Shown piece after piece: positions 59,956-64,000 of a stretch of DNA of 64,000 bases (the first letter of the stretch is position 1; each line of letters opens with the position of its first letter). Source of the DNA: Marsupella aquatica. Taxonomy: Eukaryota > Plantae > Marchantiophyta. Under the pieces are notes generated by a model, which made no database searches, was not told the DNA's origin, and saw nothing but the letters and a program-made list of their open reading frames with translations. The DNA lies in NCBI GenBank assembly GCA_973895155.1, contig OZ316896.1:21393543-21457542 (forward strand). Direction: 5' to 3'. A program made the translations under genes and the position numbers.

Positions 59956-60335
59956 ATGGCTGCTGCTGCTGACCGTTTCATCAGTGGCCCTTGGGCTGAT
60001 GCTGATACTCACCAGCTACTACACGGCGAGAGCTTCAAGTGTTGCGAGGACAGAAGAGAATGCCCAGTTGCGATCGTCATTGATGTCAACGATGTACTCG
60101 GGGTGCGACACGGACGACACGGCCGTGCGGCTGATACCGTGTCTGCTTGCAAGCAGGAAGAACCCGGCGCCTCCCAGTCGTGAGTGCTGTGATCTCATCC
60201 ACATTCTCTGTGCTGATTGCCTCTGTTCTTGCGTACAGTCGTCTCTGGCCAAATTGGAGGGCGTGGACTTCAAACCCGCCCTGCAGCTGCCACGCAAGTG
60301 CAAGCGCTTCGTCCCTCCTGGTACCAAGTGCGCAG
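59956..60335 (+). CDS. Non-specific lipid-transfer-protein-like (8-Cys motif); start uncertain
   Basis: GC..PC..PPSRECC..ADCLCSC..ALQLPRKC..PPGTKCA followed by the donor gtacgt at 60336. The ATG at 59956 is out of frame with the signal-peptide frame; the first in-frame ATG is at 59999. Confidence 0.75.
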
Positions 60336-63300
60336 GTACGTACCACTGACTCTAGCTAGGGTCTCCGGCCCTCCGAACCTGCTCGCTCGTCAGGTAAAAG
60401 ACAAACAAAGCGGCGACTGTAAGAATCATGTATGATCGAGGATGTGTGACCATGATGTGAGATCGGTATTCCTCGATCATACATGATTGAACTAACCCTC
60501 TACAGCTACCTCGTGCCTACATAATTCTATGATTGCGAAAATTCGAAATTTCGAAACGTCAAACTTGAAACCTTGCATGCAATCCATTGACAAAAGCAGA
60601 CCAACCACACTCGTAGTATCCCATACGTACAGGATATCAAAAGGCTACTCAGATATGCATCCACAGATATGCGGGGCGCCGGGTCACCTTGTTGTAGACG
60701 GATCTGGAATTAGATTATCGTATCCTGACAAGTCAAATAAGTCCTGGAGTTTTATCAACCCACTAATCATTATCAAATATCTGGCCTGATCACTTTCTGA
60801 AATCTATCTTCTAGTATATATGACAGTTTCTCGTTTTCCCCTTCTCGACGACCACCAAGCTCCTTTATCAATCATTCAGATCGATCCAGTTATAGAGATC
60901 CACAGAGTTAAATGAAGTCTCGTTCATTTAACTGCAAAACTCGGGAAAAAAATAGCTACAGTACGTACGCTCTATATACGTGGATGGAACTTTTCTGTTC
61001 ATCGCATGCTAGATTCTATTTTATCCGAGGTTTACTATTGGCTATGAAAATGAAGACGAACCCACTCCGTGCGGAAGCTTGACTAGTTTGTAGTGTCACT
61101 AACCGTTCCATAATTGCACTTTGAGTCGATTGCAGGAGTAACTGTGCCCGGGTTGGCACTCTGACCTGCTAAGCAAGACCGTCCGGTGTACCGCTAGCTG
61201 CTGCTGAACTATCAATCCTGATGGCAATGACGACGAGTTTTGATCTAGTGGATGGAGGGGGAAGTGAAGCTACAGGGTGCTATGATTGTGGTTCTTCACC
61301 GTTAGACATCACGAATTAATAGATTAATAAATTGAGCATGCAACTGTCAGCGAGCGGAGGCTTTCATATATGGTCCCGTATATATATGGTCAAGCTTTTC
61401 CACGCGCTTGCTTGAGCTATTGGATGGCCTAGTTAGTACGCTGACTGCTGGACAATGCGTATGATAATGTGCATGGACAATGCGTCAGATAAATTGACAA
61501 TAACATGCAGGACCATGGTATCACGCAATGCAACGTACACTGAGATCCACTATAGGAACATCTGTACTGACATACCATGGAGCAATTAAAGATGGTGTAT
61601 ACCATGTTGTTTCTACGAGTTTGAAAGCTTTTACGCACAATACTGTAGAATTTTGGCGCTCGAAATCGACTTGTGCCGAGACATGGATATTAGGTGATGA
61701 TCAAGCATGTAACAGTTCTGAAGTCCAAGCTGGGAACTCTGCTCAGAAACTACGCCTGAACTATGCTCGATCCTGTCTCAATTTCAGATCATTCTATTTC
61801 CCAAATTAATTCTAGTCGAATTCCTTTCAAACGGTCTCCAATATTTCTTCCTAAATGTGCTCCGTGGTGCGTTTATCACAGCGCTAGAATCATTTGTCCG
61901 AGCAAACCGTATATCGTGAGTTCCATTTCTGATTCATCTTAGTATAGACTATCCACAAAGGTCTCTAGGCCCCCATAGACTGGCTCTTATCGCGTTCGAA
62001 CGTGAGAGTTTGCAATGCACTTCAGGGTATTAGATCACTCCGCTGCAATTTAGCTTTCCTACAAGGAATCGTGAGTGAATAATGGAAAGTTCTTATTTAT
62101 AAGGGCAATCTGTGTTTCTACTTTTACTAGACACTGTTATATGCAATCTGCCAATTCTTCGTCGAACTAAAAGCAAAACCGGAGTGAACTAACTGGTCAT
62201 GGTTGTTAGATCAGTCTTTCTACTTCTACTGGACAATATAATAAGCAATCAGCCAATTCTTCGTTGAACTAAAAGTCAAACCGGAGTGAGCTAACTAGTC
62301 AAGGCTGTTGGCTATCACGAGGGTTGGATTTGCCAAAAACCCACACTGTATGCCTGCCCTCTCTCCCAACAGCCCTGCAAGACCATGCCCCTCTCTCCCC
62401 GCAGCATCACGCAACCTTGCCTGGACCCAATAATTCTGCAGTTGCCATAGCTGGTCTCATGCCCCCTTGGCGTCCCCGGCATTCTTGCACCCTCAGTCCC
62501 TTATGAGCCCTCTGCAACCCTCCTCCTCCCTCTCACATGTCATTGCATTCCCCTGCACCCTCTCAAAGAATATCACCCTGAGACTCTGGAGAATCTGTCA
62601 AAAAGCACTAATGCCAAACGGAGAGACATGGTCCCAAAGGCGAAAGAACCGGCAAGGAAAAGACCCCAAGAAGACCGAAGAGGCCCAGCAAGTCAAGGAG
62701 TAACCCAGAAGAACCTTAAATAAGAGTAAGAAGCAAACAACTGAGACTCTGGCTTTCGATGCGATAACCAACCAGACAAACCGAATCTCCAGAATCAATT
62801 CTGTAGATTTTAGGCTAGTTTGCGTCTTGCAGTAAAGCTCTCTACTGTAGACAATTCTCCCTTCGTGGCTTCCCCAAGACTCCTACTTTTGGGAAGGTAA
62901 GGTTTTATAAGTAGTGAATCGATTTGAGTTCATCCGAGGCAACTTGGGAAAAGAGATTGATTGCATGACAAAGAGGTAGGCCGAATCTTCAGGGCTTACT
63001 CTGGCTACTCACAGATACAGGTTCCTACTTAGTTCACTTTAGTGGTTGCATACTTGCTCACGAATCTATGGGGTCTACTGTGGGTATGCACAAAGTTCTT
63101 GCAATTTACTCTGACTTTCTTATTAACCAAAGTGGTCCAATTTCTATGATTGTCATGCTACTTGAATTGAAGCTCCATTTCTCAGTCAACTGCTTTCTCA
63201 GTCAAGTGACTGAGTCGATTGTGCTCTCGCACAGGACGTCTATCCTCTCTTGGATGGTTCTACTTTTGGTTTTCAAGGCAAAAACATTTTGTGCTCTTGC

Positions 63301-63642
63301 ACTCTAGGCCCAGCGCACGGAGCATCAAAAGGAAACGTCTAACAGAGGGCCAATGTGAATGAAAACTGACAAAGGAAGGGAACCTTGTTTTCAGTTTTGT
63401 GGAGTGGGATGAAGGAGCTCTATTTACTTTGAATTGAACTGACTTTCAGATCCGATTTCCCGACCCCCACCCCCACCCCATTCTGCCATAGGGTTGCTCC
63501 AACTTTAAACAATCTACTCCTAATGATAATAGAAAGCCTTTACAATTGTTGTATCGAGATAAATGAGAAAACAAATATTCTTTAAGGTACCTAAAAGTGT
63601 GAAGATTCCTTTAAAAAGGTAAAATAGTTTATTATAATGTTC

Positions 63643-63916
63643 ACATGTTGAGAAGAATGCCCTTCTAGAGTTTGGATGGATTTTTTAGTAACCCCTTTAA
63701 AGCAAGAATAATTTAGCTTTGGATGACTTCAGTTGGTACTTGTGCCTCATTCAATGCTTAATATATATCCTTTACAAAGTGTCATGTTGAAAACAATGCC
63801 TTTGTAGAGTTTTGATGGATTTTTTAGTAACCCCTTTAAAGCAAGAATGAATGAACTTTGGATGACTTGGTAATTGTGCCTGACTGGATCAAATGAATGC
63901 TTACATCTCCTTTACA
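63643..63916. repeat. Tandem duplication of about 140 bp
   Basis: catgttga..aatgcc..tagagttt.gatggattttttagtaacccctttaaagcaagaat...tcctttacaaa twice. Confidence 0.75.
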
Positions 63917-64000
63917 AACTAGTGACTGTCCTCTTTTGATAGCTTATTCGATTACAATGTGTTGGCCCATCCCTATCCTCACATCTAATTTTCTAGTAAC

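Overview
Eukaryotic nuclear DNA from a land plant, probably a non-seed plant. That is an inference from the gene set, the short spliceosomal introns and a secretory-type PPO. Host genes: GDSL esterase/lipase (-), an intronless polyphenol oxidase (-), glutamyl-tRNA reductase HEMA (+), DGS1/NCA2-family protein (+) and two nsLTP-like genes. The centre is a decayed Ty1/copia LTR retrotransposon (21740-40234) whose RT domain is split by an 11.8-kb cut-and-paste DNA transposon (26865-38662). That transposon has perfect 26-bp TIRs, a 4-bp TSD (GTAT) and a Sola-like DDD transposase. The main candidate novel system lies inside it: a divergently transcribed, intron-containing cargo gene that fuses a ParB/Srx-like domain to a prokaryote-type beta-class (N6A/N4C) DNA methyltransferase-like domain. 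It is accompanied by about 30 copies of a 21-bp palindrome (GGAYAGRGAT-S-RTCYCTRTCC) arrayed mainly in the element's inferred introns. This suggests a transposon-borne ParB/parS-like self-recognition or anti-silencing module. This copy carries nonsense and frameshift lesions. All domain calls come from reading motifs by eye, not from database searches.
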